Virus record (IMG/VR): IMGVR_UViG_3300025103_003050
Coordinates: 1-52,328 of that record
DNA from: a virus
Lineage: Duplodnaviria; Caudoviricetes
Length of the DNA stretch: 52,328 nt
Direction: 5' to 3' (one strand)
Part shown: in pieces, positions 1 through 8,124 of the stretch
How the letters are laid out: the number at the start of each line of letters is the position of its first letter
Numbering within the stretch: position 1 is the first letter of the stretch
Made by a program: the position numbers and the translations under genes
Notes under the pieces: generated by a model
What the model saw: only the letters and a program-made list of their open reading frames with translations
Databases searched by the model: none
Told to the model about the DNA's origin: nothing

Positions 1-15
1 TAAATTGATAGACAT
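1..15 (-). CDS. 5' end of a gene continuing beyond the left edge (MSINL...)
   Basis: ATG at 15-13 preceded by AGAAAGGAGAAAT, the same strong RBS context as the gene starting at 5553. Confidence 0.6.
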
Positions 16-127
16 ATTTCTCCTTTCTTTTTTTTATTTATTATATTAACTTTAACTTGCTGAATATACTATATATACAATAAAATTAAACAATAAACAT
101 TAAAATTAAGTTCTTGCGGCAGCCTCG

Positions 128-218
128 GGTATTGGCGGTATTGGCATAAAATAAGCTCCAATACCAGTTATTATCATTGGTATAATTGAATAGTAGTCGA
201 AAAGGTATTGGTATTGGC
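128..218. repeat. GGTATTGG(C) repeat cluster, iteron-like
   Basis: Direct copies at 128-136, 137-145, 204-211, 210-218 and inverted CCAATACC at 158-165, in a non-coding AT-rich region. Confidence 0.75.
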
Positions 219-404
219 TCTTTTTATATTTTTTCATTTTATTTTTTTCAAAAATATTTCCTATATAGTAATAATGATATAAAGAATAATTAAAAGTATT
301 GCCAGAATTAATTTCCTAAAAAACCATAGAATCATTTGAATTTCCTTATAATTAGATTAAAAATATTCTTTTATATTATATATTTAAATCTAATACAAGT
401 ATCG

Positions 405-731
405 TTATTGCTCGTTCCTATTTATTTCTAGCACAGATAGAACTCCAGAAATAACATTAGCAGTTCCTGCACTCATTGAAAGTGTTTGGGATTCCTCTAG
501 GATCAAAGGTCCTTTCAACATGTTTACTGCAGTATTAGTCAATACATCTTCAATCGCTGCTTTATAACTCGTGATCGTATTATTAGCACTAACTGTTACA
601 ACAGTATTAGCTCCATCATTTGTAGTTTGTAAAGTTTTAACAATAGCACGTGTATCAGAAGGGACTGTATAAATTAAATTAGCTCCAGTATTAGATAGAG
701 CAAACATTTCATTTTTATATATATTAGCCAC
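405..731 (-). CDS. Beta-rich virion-type protein, resembling 42150-42506
   Basis: GTG start. Resembles 42150-42506 in layout (AIVKTL vs VFKINSI; PLILEESQTLS vs GFYLEENEKIS; SVLEI vs SYEVI). Confidence 0.65.
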   Translation of the reverse strand: MANIYKNEMFALSNTGANLIYTVPSDTRAIVKTLQTTNDGANTVVTVSANNTITSYKAAIEDVLTNTAVNMLKGPLILEESQTLSMSAGTANVISGVLSVLEINRNEQ

Positions 732-894
732 TTAAAAAAAACTCCTTTCTATCTTGTTCATCGTTTTGATCTTTAGGGTAAGTAGAATTTAAAATCTTAA
801 CCATATCTTGTAAATCTTCAATTAATTGGTTAAAATCGTTTTGTACATACTTTTCAGGTGCAGAATTTAAACGTGAGATAGGTACTTTAGCCAT
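724..894 (-). CDS. Small hypothetical protein, 56 aa (MAKVPISRLNSAPEKYVQNDFNQLIEDLQDMVKILNSTYPKDQNDEQDRKEFFLSG)
   Basis: Translated by hand (below ORF-track cutoff). Its 3' end contains the AAGGAG RBS and GTG of 405-731. Confidence 0.7.
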   Translation of the reverse strand: MAKVPISRLNSAPEKYVQNDFNQLIEDLQDMVKILNSTYPKDQNDEQDRKEFFLSG

Positions 895-940
895 ATTACT
901 ATGGTATTTTAATTACTCAATAATGTACAGCGAACTATGG

Positions 941-1102
941 TTATTTTTCGCTATCTTCTTTTATTTCCTGTTCTAGTTTCTTTACCTCTTTAGAGATATT
1001 AACCATTTCAACAGTAACTGCTCCATTAGCTATAAATTCACTTGCCCATTTCGCCTCCAGGCTTCGCTTCTGGTTCAGTTTTTCCATCAGAGCTAGGCTC
1101 AT
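941..1102 (-). CDS. Small coiled-coil hypothetical protein, 53 aa (MSLALMEKLNQKRSLEAKWASEF...)
   Basis: Translated by hand. GAGGAG RBS upstream of the ATG at 1102; overlaps the end of 1038-1283. Confidence 0.7.
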   Translation of the reverse strand: MSLALMEKLNQKRSLEAKWASEFIANGAVTVEMVNISKEVKKLEQEIKEDSEK

Positions 1103-1283
1103 ATTTGTACTCCTCTATAGTTAGTGAATTTGCATCATCAGGAATATAATTTAATTGTGGTTCCCAACGAAATGTTCCAACATGCTCAGACCAGAGAGCC
1201 TTCTCAGCTACATCTAAATTGTCAGCTTCGATAAGTCCCTTTGCGTAATAACCGTAACGCCTGAACTGAAAATACACCAACAT
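1038..1283 (-). CDS. Hypothetical protein, 81 aa
   Basis: ORF track; co-directional and overlapping the next gene. Confidence 0.65.
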   Translation of the reverse strand: MLVYFQFRRYGYYAKGLIEADNLDVAEKALWSEHVGTFRWEPQLNYIPDDANSLTIEEYKYEPSSDGKTEPEAKPGGEMGK

Positions 1284-1390
1284 TTAAAGAAGGGTTAGCA
1301 TACTTTATCGTGTTTGTAAAGTGTATTTATCTAATAAAGGTCGCTCAGGAACGTGAGCTTAAAAAATTTTAATCGACAAAGCGAATGAGC

Positions 1391-1531
1391 TTAATTTAGG
1401 AAATCGAATAAAACTGAAGATTTATTTTCTTTTTTAGAAGGTCTACTTCCTATTTCATAAGCTATATATAATCCAATTATAGTAATTATTAATCCTATAA
1501 AACAAAGTAATATTCCATAATTTACTGTCAT
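1391..1531 (-). CDS. Small single-TM membrane protein, 46 aa (MTVNYGILLCFIGLIITIIGLYIAYEIGSRPSKK...)
   Basis: Translated by hand. ATGA overlap with the stop of 1528-1710; hydrophobic stretch followed by a basic tail. Confidence 0.7.
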   Translation of the reverse strand: MTVNYGILLCFIGLIITIIGLYIAYEIGSRPSKKENKSSVLFDFLN

Positions 1532-1710
1532 TTTTGATTTTTATGTATCTCAAAGAGTCCTTTTACTCTTACATCTATATCATTTATTTTAGAGTACAAA
1601 GCATCTGGAAATTTATTATGAATAAACTCCAATTTTAATTCATGTATTCTTTCTATCACTTTATTAAACTTTAATGAAGTCTTTAGAGATGTTTTCTTAT
1701 TCAATGCCAT
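1528..1710 (-). CDS. Hypothetical protein, 60 aa
   Basis: ORF track; overlaps both neighbours in operon fashion. Confidence 0.6.
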   Translation of the reverse strand: MALNKKTSLKTSLKFNKVIERIHELKLEFIHNKFPDALYSKINDIDVRVKGLFEIHKNQK

Positions 1711-2128
1711 GTTTATCTTTCAACTCTTTCTTTGCTAATACTTCCGTATAATATTCGTCATTAAGTATTTCAGTAACCAACTCGTGATCTTGCTCTGGTA
1801 TTTCTACAAACTCTTGTTTTAATACAGCTTCATCTATCGCTTCAACAGCAAAGTCATGAAATTTATCACTTTCTTGAGTCATAAAAGCAGATATAATTTG
1901 AGTTCTAATAGTATCAATATATAAACCTTTAAGAAAATACTTTTCCTTTACTTGATCATAAGTAAGTTTAGGTTCTAACTTAAAACTTCCATCAGAATTT
2001 CTTTCATAATCTACATTATAAGATTTAATAGTTCCTAATAAACCTAGACTTGTATCCATTGATAAGCCATCAATAGCCATATCATCTTCTATCTCCATCT
2101 CAGCAGTTACTTTTATTTTTTGAGTCAT
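1697..2128 (-). CDS. Hypothetical acidic protein, 143 aa
   Basis: ORF track; tightly packed with neighbours. Confidence 0.75.
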   Translation of the reverse strand: MTQKIKVTAEMEIEDDMAIDGLSMDTSLGLLGTIKSYNVDYERNSDGSFKLEPKLTYDQVKEKYFLKGLYIDTIRTQIISAFMTQESDKFHDFAVEAIDEAVLKQEFVEIPEQDHELVTEILNDEYYTEVLAKKELKDKHGIE

Positions 2129-2239
2129 TTATTTCTCTTCAGCATTTTCTAACCAATCTACAAATATGTATAGTCCAATACCGCCACATATAAATAAGAC
2201 ACCGGTAGTTATTAACATAGTTATTATTATGCTAGTCAT
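2129..2239 (-). CDS. Small single-TM membrane protein, 36 aa (MTSIIITMLITTGVLFICGGIGLYIFVDWLENAEEK)
   Basis: Translated by hand. AAGGAG RBS, ATGA overlap with 2236-2439, and stop abutting the next ATG. Confidence 0.7.
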   Translation of the reverse strand: MTSIIITMLITTGVLFICGGIGLYIFVDWLENAEEK

Positions 2240-2439
2240 AGTTCTCCTTTCTTACAGATATATCCAGCTATATATGTATCTTTATATTTTGAAGTATAGC
2301 CGTGTTTTTCTGTATATTTATATATTATATTTTTTTCTATCCATTTACTACAACTTAATATTTCGTTACTTGTAATTTTATGTAACTTATAATCATTACC
2401 GTTGTTTAGAATGATTATAAGGTAAAGTACCATTTTCAT
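2236..2439 (-). CDS. Hypothetical protein, 67 aa
   Basis: ORF track; hydrophobic N-terminus and two Cys. Confidence 0.6.
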   Translation of the reverse strand: MKMVLYLIIILNNGNDYKLHKITSNEILSCSKWIEKNIIYKYTEKHGYTSKYKDTYIAGYICKKGEL

Positions 2440-2545
2440 AATAATATTCTCCAGTAATTAAGTGTTTAATAACAGTAGTATAGGGATTTAAATCATAATC
2501 TTTAACACAACTCACAAGTAGAAAAAATATCAAAATATATTTCAT
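2396..2545 (-). CDS. Small putative lipoprotein, 49 aa (MKYILIFFLLVSCVKDYDLNPYTTVIKHL...)
   Basis: Translated by hand. MK + hydrophobic core + LVSC lipobox; ATGA overlap with 2542-2952. Confidence 0.65.
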   Translation of the reverse strand: MKYILIFFLLVSCVKDYDLNPYTTVIKHLITGEYYYENGTLPYNHSKQR

Positions 2546-2952
2546 TTTAATAATTCGTTTATATCTCCTACAATCCGTCTTAACTCACTATCTTTTTTCC
2601 ATTCTTTTTCGTAGAAAAATTGTGGATTATTTCTATCTTTTATCTTTTGATCTATGTATATAGAGTAATGTTCAGCGTGTGGTAATGGAATATAACTTTG
2701 ATTTCCATATATCTTTCTTGATCCACGACCCTTTAGTCTTATACTATATCTTCCTTTATGTAGATACTTCTTCATTAACTTAATGAATTCCCAACCTTCT
2801 TTAGAGTTAGGAATACCAGTCATAAAGTGTATACACTCATTAGCTTTAGCTTGTCTTTCTTCTTTAGAAAGTTTAGGTTTACTCCAAAATTTTTTAGGTT
2901 TCATTGGAGTTCCACATAGTCTTATGGCTTTAATTACATCTTTGTTATTCAT
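2542..2952 (-). CDS. Hypothetical basic protein, 136 aa
   Basis: ORF track; AGGAG upstream. Confidence 0.7.
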   Translation of the reverse strand: MNNKDVIKAIRLCGTPMKPKKFWSKPKLSKEERQAKANECIHFMTGIPNSKEGWEFIKLMKKYLHKGRYSIRLKGRGSRKIYGNQSYIPLPHAEHYSIYIDQKIKDRNNPQFFYEKEWKKDSELRRIVGDINELLK

Positions 2953-3007
2953 ATTATATCGCTCCTAAGAGTAATAATATAATTAATACTTCCATTTTTA
3001 TACCTTT

Positions 3008-3352
3008 CTATTTATTTAAATAGGGTTGTTTAATTAAAATTACATTTCCCCATATATTTCTCCTATTTATATCAATTTCACTACGAGCATCATCTGGTAC
3101 TTCTTGATTATACCAGTGCCAATAACTTCTATATGCCATCGTTGCTTTTTGATTTAATTGAACATTATTTTTACTTAATGCGTTTTCGTCACAAAGCATT
3201 TCGTAGTTTTCTCCATCCCATCTAGCTTGTGCTACTTCCACAGTCTTGTCATTAATTATAGCTCTTACATGCTCCCAATCTACTGGTGTAGCATGCATAA
3301 AACTAAAATGGAATCCAGTCTTTAATATTACTACATGTTTAATTATAGACAA
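3008..3352 (-). CDS. Hypothetical protein, DUF3846-like
   Basis: MLCDEN...N.KAT...IWGNVILI pattern. Confidence 0.55.
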   Translation of the reverse strand: MSIIKHVVILKTGFHFSFMHATPVDWEHVRAIINDKTVEVAQARWDGENYEMLCDENALSKNNVQLNQKATMAYRSYWHWYNQEVPDDARSEIDINRRNIWGNVILIKQPYLNK

Positions 3353-3626
3353 TCGGTTTTACCTCCTCCTCTATTTTTAAAGTTAGTTTTTCATAAATAG
3401 AGTTAGGTATATCTAATTGATATAACTCTCCATTTGCATGTTCGAAAAGAATACGCCAACAATCTTTTCTCATCTTAATCGAGAAATGAATCGGCCACTC
3501 TTGCCTCTTATCGAATTTTTTAATATCTTCAAAGTTATGTTCTTTAAAATGTCTAGGCCAATTATTGGCTCTCGCTATTGTATTAGAATAAATTAAATCA
3601 CTTCTTTTAATTAATAAGTGATTCAT
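3339..3626 (-). CDS. Hypothetical protein, 95 aa
   Basis: ORF track; ATGA coupling with the upstream gene. Confidence 0.7.
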   Translation of the reverse strand: MNHLLIKRSDLIYSNTIARANNWPRHFKEHNFEDIKKFDKRQEWPIHFSIKMRKDCWRILFEHANGELYQLDIPNSIYEKLTLKIEEEVKPIVYN

Positions 3627-3817
3627 TCTCTACCGTCCAATATATCTCTTAATTCATCTATATCAGAACCATCATCGCTAAAATCAGAAGTTTCTAAATC
3701 AACAGATGCTGCAACTTCTTTATCAGACATAATTTTATCTTCTTTCTTCCAGCCACCAGGTGGCTCGTTTTCTTTATTAACTTTTTTAATTATTGTACTT
3801 AATTTTTCTTTCGACAT
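3623..3817 (-). CDS. Hypothetical acidic protein, 64 aa
   Basis: AGAAAGGA RBS; AT-rich promoter-like gap upstream. Confidence 0.7.
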   Translation of the reverse strand: MSKEKLSTIIKKVNKENEPPGGWKKEDKIMSDKEVAASVDLETSDFSDDGSDIDELRDILDGRE

Positions 3818-3954
3818 ATTTTTCCTTTCTATTTTTTACTTAATATATAATTTTTAAAATAAAAAATAATCCATAAAAACAAGAAAAAAATCAACGATAC
3901 TTACTATCTAAAAGACTAAAACCTGCGCTCTAAAGCGTCCTACGTCACACTATT

Positions 3955-4242
3955 TTAATGGATTGTATACTCTTTCTCTAAATCTACTTGATAACGAGGA
4001 ATTTCATTCTTATATTCAATTACTTCATAATCTAAAAAATTAAACATTTTCATTTTCTTTATACAAAATTCATAGAACCTATTTACTCTAGGAAAATAAG
4101 GTTCACTATCATATTGTGGAAATTCTAATAGTAATTTTTTTTCAGGATTTAATTTATTTGTATATATAAATTTCACCCAATAATTTTTTGTAGGTAAACT
4201 CATTAACTCTGTCATTAAATGATGATGAGCTTCTTTAAACAT
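3955..4242 (-). CDS. Hypothetical protein (probable start MFKEAHHH)
   Basis: ORF track gives 3955-4284; the internal ATG at 4242 overlaps the end of the upstream gene. Confidence 0.6.
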   Translation of the reverse strand: MFKEAHHHLMTELMSLPTKNYWVKFIYTNKLNPEKKLLLEFPQYDSEPYFPRVNRFYEFCIKKMKMFNFLDYEVIEYKNEIPRYQVDLEKEYTIH

Positions 4243-4480
4243 GTTCTTGTACAGGTTTAGGTTTAGGAAGAATAAGAGTTTCATCTATACACATAAATTT
4301 AATAATAGTTCCATATTTATTAACTTCTTCTGCTCCTATCTCTTCAGCTTTTTTAATAGATTCCTTATATCCAGAAATCATACATTCATAATGAGAGTTA
4401 TATACTTCGGGCATATTATGAGGAGGTAAACAGCTATTATATACTGAACTACATATTATCATACTTAATATAAATTTCAT
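4235..4480 (-). CDS. Small Cys-containing exported/hypothetical protein
   Basis: Hydrophobic N-terminus and four Cys. Confidence 0.65.
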   Translation of the reverse strand: MKFILSMIICSSVYNSCLPPHNMPEVYNSHYECMISGYKESIKKAEEIGAEEVNKYGTIIKFMCIDETLILPKPKPVQEHV

Positions 4481-4779
4481 TTATCTTTTAAACACCTCAC
4501 TATTAAATTTTTTAAAATAGGATTACTTTTTAAAACAGTATAATATTGTTCTGTTAAAGTTGCTACTTTTTCTTCACCATGCGGGCCTACTTGAAAATCA
4601 TTTAAAGCCATTATAATATGAAAAATTTCATGAAATAAAGTCTTACCTAACATTTGTTTAGTAAGTCCTTTTCTAATAATTAAGGTATTAGTATTGTAAG
4701 TATATAAAGCATAGTCATCTATCTTTTTAAAGATGACTTTTGTTGTTGTATTTTTGTATTTAATTTCAGTTAGTTTCAT
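4477..4779 (-). CDS. Small zincin-like metallopeptidase (HExxH)
   Basis: TLFHEIFHII plus downstream EE motif. Confidence 0.65.
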   Translation of the reverse strand: MKLTEIKYKNTTTKVIFKKIDDYALYTYNTNTLIIRKGLTKQMLGKTLFHEIFHIIMALNDFQVGPHGEEKVATLTEQYYTVLKSNPILKNLIVRCLKDK

Positions 4780-4809
4780 GGGGCCAATCTTCTGACCCCA
4801 TTATAACAT

Positions 4810-5553
4810 TTATCTCCCAAGCATTCTACTTTTTGTTTGAGCATTTACTTGAGTATTTAGACCAATACCACCTCCTGCGGCTTTACCGTTATGATAAGCG
4901 GCTCTATCTCTTATATTCATACTGCTTTTTTTCGATACAATACGAACACCTTGACTAACGAGCCACTCCGAAAGAGCCTTCTGTTCATTCTTATAAAGCA
5001 TTGGTAATCCATCTGGATTTTTTATACCTTCATAAGGTGGAGCTATTTCTTCAAATCTATCTTTCAATCTTTTAGATAGACGACTTGCGCAACCTAACTT
5101 AAAAGCTTGTTTCATTCGATTAATAGCTGACTTACTACCAGGTACAGTTTTAAACTCATTCTCTGCTAGTCTTACAACTGTACTTATAAAGTAATCGCAC
5201 ATTGATTTAGCTACTATTCTATTGGATTTTCTTCCAACAAAAGTAGCTTTTTTCACTCTACGATAATTAGCATCTATACCTGACGAAGTATACATTTGAC
5301 AAAAGTATAATTTAGCAGTAGCTGATTGAATCCAACCACGCCAATTATCTCTTGCGACATCAACTGATTCTTTATCAATTGGTTCTACTTCTGTATCATC
5401 TTTTATATCAGACATAGATAGATTATGTTCCGAAAGCAATTGTTGAGCTTTATTAGCAGCAAGCATGGCTTCGTTCTCTGATGCACCATTTTCTTCTGAC
5501 ATCTTTAAAAGCTTTTGTATTCGCTTCAGAATACTCTCTTTTTCTTCTGGCAT
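4810..5553 (-). CDS. DUF2786 domain protein
   Basis: N-terminal ILKRIQKLL...NEAMLAANKAQQLLSEHNLS. Start moved to 5553, where the AGAAAGGAGAAAT RBS lies. Confidence 0.8.
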   Translation of the reverse strand: MPEEKESILKRIQKLLKMSEENGASENEAMLAANKAQQLLSEHNLSMSDIKDDTEVEPIDKESVDVARDNWRGWIQSATAKLYFCQMYTSSGIDANYRRVKKATFVGRKSNRIVAKSMCDYFISTVVRLAENEFKTVPGSKSAINRMKQAFKLGCASRLSKRLKDRFEEIAPPYEGIKNPDGLPMLYKNEQKALSEWLVSQGVRIVSKKSSMNIRDRAAYHNGKAAGGGIGLNTQVNAQTKSRMLGR

Positions 5554-5578
5554 ATTTCTCCTTTCTTTATTATTAATT

Positions 5579-5717
5579 GAATCAGTAAGACCGCTTCGGC
5601 GACACACTAGTATTGAGCCGTCTCAGAATTCTGTGTCTCATAAGTCTTACTGATCCTAGGCAAATAACTACCTGTCTCTGTAGACCCACGGCTTAACGCC
5701 CTGCGATAATTACTTGC
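5579..5717 (-). ncRNA. Putative structured RNA or leader with two 13-bp-closed multibranch domains
   Basis: 5705-5717 pairs with 5660-5672 and 5644-5656 pairs with 5579-5591. G-U pairs work only on the - strand. Confidence 0.6.
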
Positions 5718-5725
5718 TATTCTTA

Positions 5726-6130
5726 CTATATATTATTTTTTTCTTTTTTAGACAAGATTATTCGTATTGTGTTCCAATCTTTCGCTATCGCTTTTTGCTC
5801 CCATTCTTCCCGAGTTACACCAATCGCTAAAGCTTCACCTTCTGAACTTGGAAATAAATAAATTTCTTTATCCTTTTTCACAATTATATAGACAAGTCCT
5901 CCGTGATAGGTATAAGACTTGTGCCATGCGATTTGTTCTATACTCAGCTTTAGCTTTAATTTGGTTTTTTCTCTTTTGGGGGACCGCACATACTTACCTT
6001 CTAGCCAACCACTTTGACCAGCTGAACAGTAGTGCACATCAGGAATTCCTCGTTCAATCTGTGTCTCAATTCTCTGAATAAAAAAATCGTTTAATTTTGA
6101 TCTAATCGTCTGCCAAATTTGCTTTTCCAT
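5726..6130 (-). CDS. PD-(D/E)XK nuclease (VRR-NUC / resolvase-like)
   Basis: E.QIWQ...RIET...GIPDV...WLEGK...LSIEQIAWH. Confidence 0.8.
   Translation of the reverse strand: MEKQIWQTIRSKLNDFFIQRIETQIERGIPDVHYCSAGQSGWLEGKYVRSPKREKTKLKLKLSIEQIAWHKSYTYHGGLVYIIVKKDKEIYLFPSSEGEALAIGVTREEWEQKAIAKDWNTIRIILSKKEKNNI
5727..5755 (-). promoter_or_regulatory. Sigma70-like promoter for the structured RNA and DUF2786 gene
   Basis: TTGTCT-N17-TATATA; predicted start about 5720, at the 5' edge of the structure. Confidence 0.45.
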
Positions 6131-6866
6131 TAAACTTACATACAGGGATTGATTTCATTTTATGTAAATTCTTCTTTCTTAATTTTAAATATTTTTGATA
6201 ATCAGGCTCTGTTGGATTATTCATTAAATATTCTATTTTGGAATAAGACATTCCTAATTGATCTACATCTTTTCTTCCATCATTCCATAAACCATCGGTA
6301 GGTTCAGCATTTATTATTTCATCTAAAATTTTTAATTCTCGTGCCATATCCCATACTTGAGTTTTTGTACAATCTGCGATTGGTGAAATATCAACTCCAC
6401 CATCACCATATTTTGTAAAAAAACCTACACCAAAGTCTTCAATTTTATTACCTGTTCCTACCACAATACCCTTGGTACTAGCGGATATTTGATATAAACA
6501 CATCATTCTCATTCTTGCTCTAGAATTTGCTAAACCCATTTTATCTGTAAATTTCATATCTATCATTTGATTTTCAAAACTTAAAAAAGTATGAGTTAAA
6601 TCTAAATTAACACCATAACAATTTTGAAATTTAGTAGTTAACCAATTTTTATGTTTAATAGATAAGTCATGATCTTCGGGTCTTTGGGAAATAGGCATTG
6701 ATGCCACAAGTGTTTTAATTCCAGTTAGTCCACAAATTGTACTAACAACTGATGAATCCACTCCTCCTGAAATTCCTACTACTAAACAATTAGCAGGCGT
6801 ATCCATACTTTCAACATAATCAATTAGCCATTTTCTAATAAAATTTAGTCGTTCAAAAGGAGTCAT
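6102..6866 (-). CDS. nadE: NH3-dependent NAD+ synthetase (or homologous ATP-dependent amidating enzyme)
   Basis: SGGVDS PP-loop, NSRARMRM, GTGNKIE.GVGFFTKYGDGG, PTDGLW, D.DQLGMSY. Probable start is the ATG at 6866. Confidence 0.9.
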   Translation of the reverse strand: MTPFERLNFIRKWLIDYVESMDTPANCLVVGISGGVDSSVVSTICGLTGIKTLVASMPISQRPEDHDLSIKHKNWLTTKFQNCYGVNLDLTHTFLSFENQMIDMKFTDKMGLANSRARMRMMCLYQISASTKGIVVGTGNKIEDFGVGFFTKYGDGGVDISPIADCTKTQVWDMARELKILDEIINAEPTDGLWNDGRKDVDQLGMSYSKIEYLMNNPTEPDYQKYLKLRKKNLHKMKSIPVCKFNGKANLADD

Positions 6867-8124
6867 TATTTTTTCCAATCGGTATATATTTTACATCTTT
6901 ATTTACTTTTAAATATCTAAAAGGATCAATAACTATTGAACCTGACATAAAATAAAATTCTTTCCAAGCTTCATGTTTAGTTCCTATAAAAAATAATTGA
7001 GGTTCTTTATCCCATTTATAAGTATCCTTTACTTTCATAATATCATTATCGTCAACCCAAGGATCCCACATAGTAACTTCTTTACCTTTTTCTTTTAGAA
7101 TATTTTTCAACAAGATAGAAGGACTTCCTACTGTTAAATTAGTTTCAGGTTTAAAACATTTACCTAAAATATTTATTTTTTTATCTTCAGCATATTTTAT
7201 ACATAGATTAGCTAACCATTCAGTTTGTACTTCTCTTTGTTTCATTATATTATCATACCAATTATATGATAAATTTAATTTTTGAGCTAAATAACTCAGA
7301 GCTATATTATCTCTAGGATGACAACCTCCTCCATCTCCCATTCCCCCTGTTAAATATTTAGGACTTATAATTCTATCTGTACATAAAGCAAGAGCTTTAG
7401 TAACATCATCAACATCTGTATTAGGTAAATAATGACAAGTTTCCATAATAGTATTTATCATTGCTATCTTCGTTGAAATAAAAGTATTATAGACTACTTT
7501 AATTAATTCAGCATTTTCTAAAGTAGTTTCATGAAAAGGAGCATTATTAATTGTTTTATAAAATTCTTTAGCTTTTTTAGCAGCAGACTTATCATCTACT
7601 CCAAATAAAATAACTTCGCTATTTAAGAAATCAGTAATAGTTGTTCCCATTGCTATAAAAAATGGATTATAACAAAGTTTTAAATGTGTGCCTAAAATTG
7701 GTTTAATAAGTTTTGTAATAGTACCAGGAAGGACAGTAGATATAATAACCACAACTTTATCTTTCCCTTGTTTTTCGATTTCTTCATTTAAATCTTTTAT
7801 TCCTTTCACTAAATAATCATAATTAAAATCTGCTCTTTCTTCTGGAATACGAGTTATACCTTCATATTTTTCTTCATGCGGAGTTTGAATAGGAACAAAT
7901 ATAATATCACTTTCTTCCACAATTTTATCTGTAGTTTTTAATTTTAATTGAGATTTTTGTAATAATTTATTAGCACCTTCTTCTTTATAAGTTAAACTTT
8001 TAAATCTAATATCACGAAGTGTACGATCATTAATATCTGTACCAATAACAGTATGACCTTTACTTTCACACGCTAAAGCTACTGGTAAACCTAGTTTTCC
8101 TAACCCGATAAAACCTATTTTCAT
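6853..8124 (-). CDS. ugd: UDP-glucose/GDP-mannose 6-dehydrogenase family
   Basis: GLGKLG Rossmann motif, AELIK..YN, catalytic GGGCHPRD. Confidence 0.85.
   Translation of the reverse strand: MKIGFIGLGKLGLPVALACESKGHTVIGTDINDRTLRDIRFKSLTYKEEGANKLLQKSQLKLKTTDKIVEESDIIFVPIQTPHEEKYEGITRIPEERADFNYDYLVKGIKDLNEEIEKQGKDKVVVIISTVLPGTITKLIKPILGTHLKLCYNPFFIAMGTTITDFLNSEVILFGVDDKSAAKKAKEFYKTINNAPFHETTLENAELIKVVYNTFISTKIAMINTIMETCHYLPNTDVDDVTKALALCTDRIISPKYLTGGMGDGGGCHPRDNIALSYLAQKLNLSYNWYDNIMKQREVQTEWLANLCIKYAEDKKINILGKCFKPETNLTVGSPSILLKNILKEKGKEVTMWDPWVDDNDIMKVKDTYKWDKEPQLFFIGTKHEAWKEFYFMSGSIVIDPFRYLKVNKDVKYIPIGKNNDSF

Noticed and set aside
128-218. CRISPR array
   Set aside because: Repeats are only 8-9 nt, irregularly spaced, with no cas genes.
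1354-1407. Imperfect direct repeat TGAGCTTAA...AATCGA (two copies)
   Set aside because: Only two short degenerate copies, one overlapping a stop codon; could be chance.
5579-5717. tRNA, hammerhead ribozyme or c-di-GMP-I riboswitch identity for the structured RNA
   Set aside because: No T-loop/CCA cloverleaf and no CUGAUGA/GAAA core. AAGCCGUGGGUCUA resembles GEMM P2, but the GGCAAA/GAAA P1 elements are missing.
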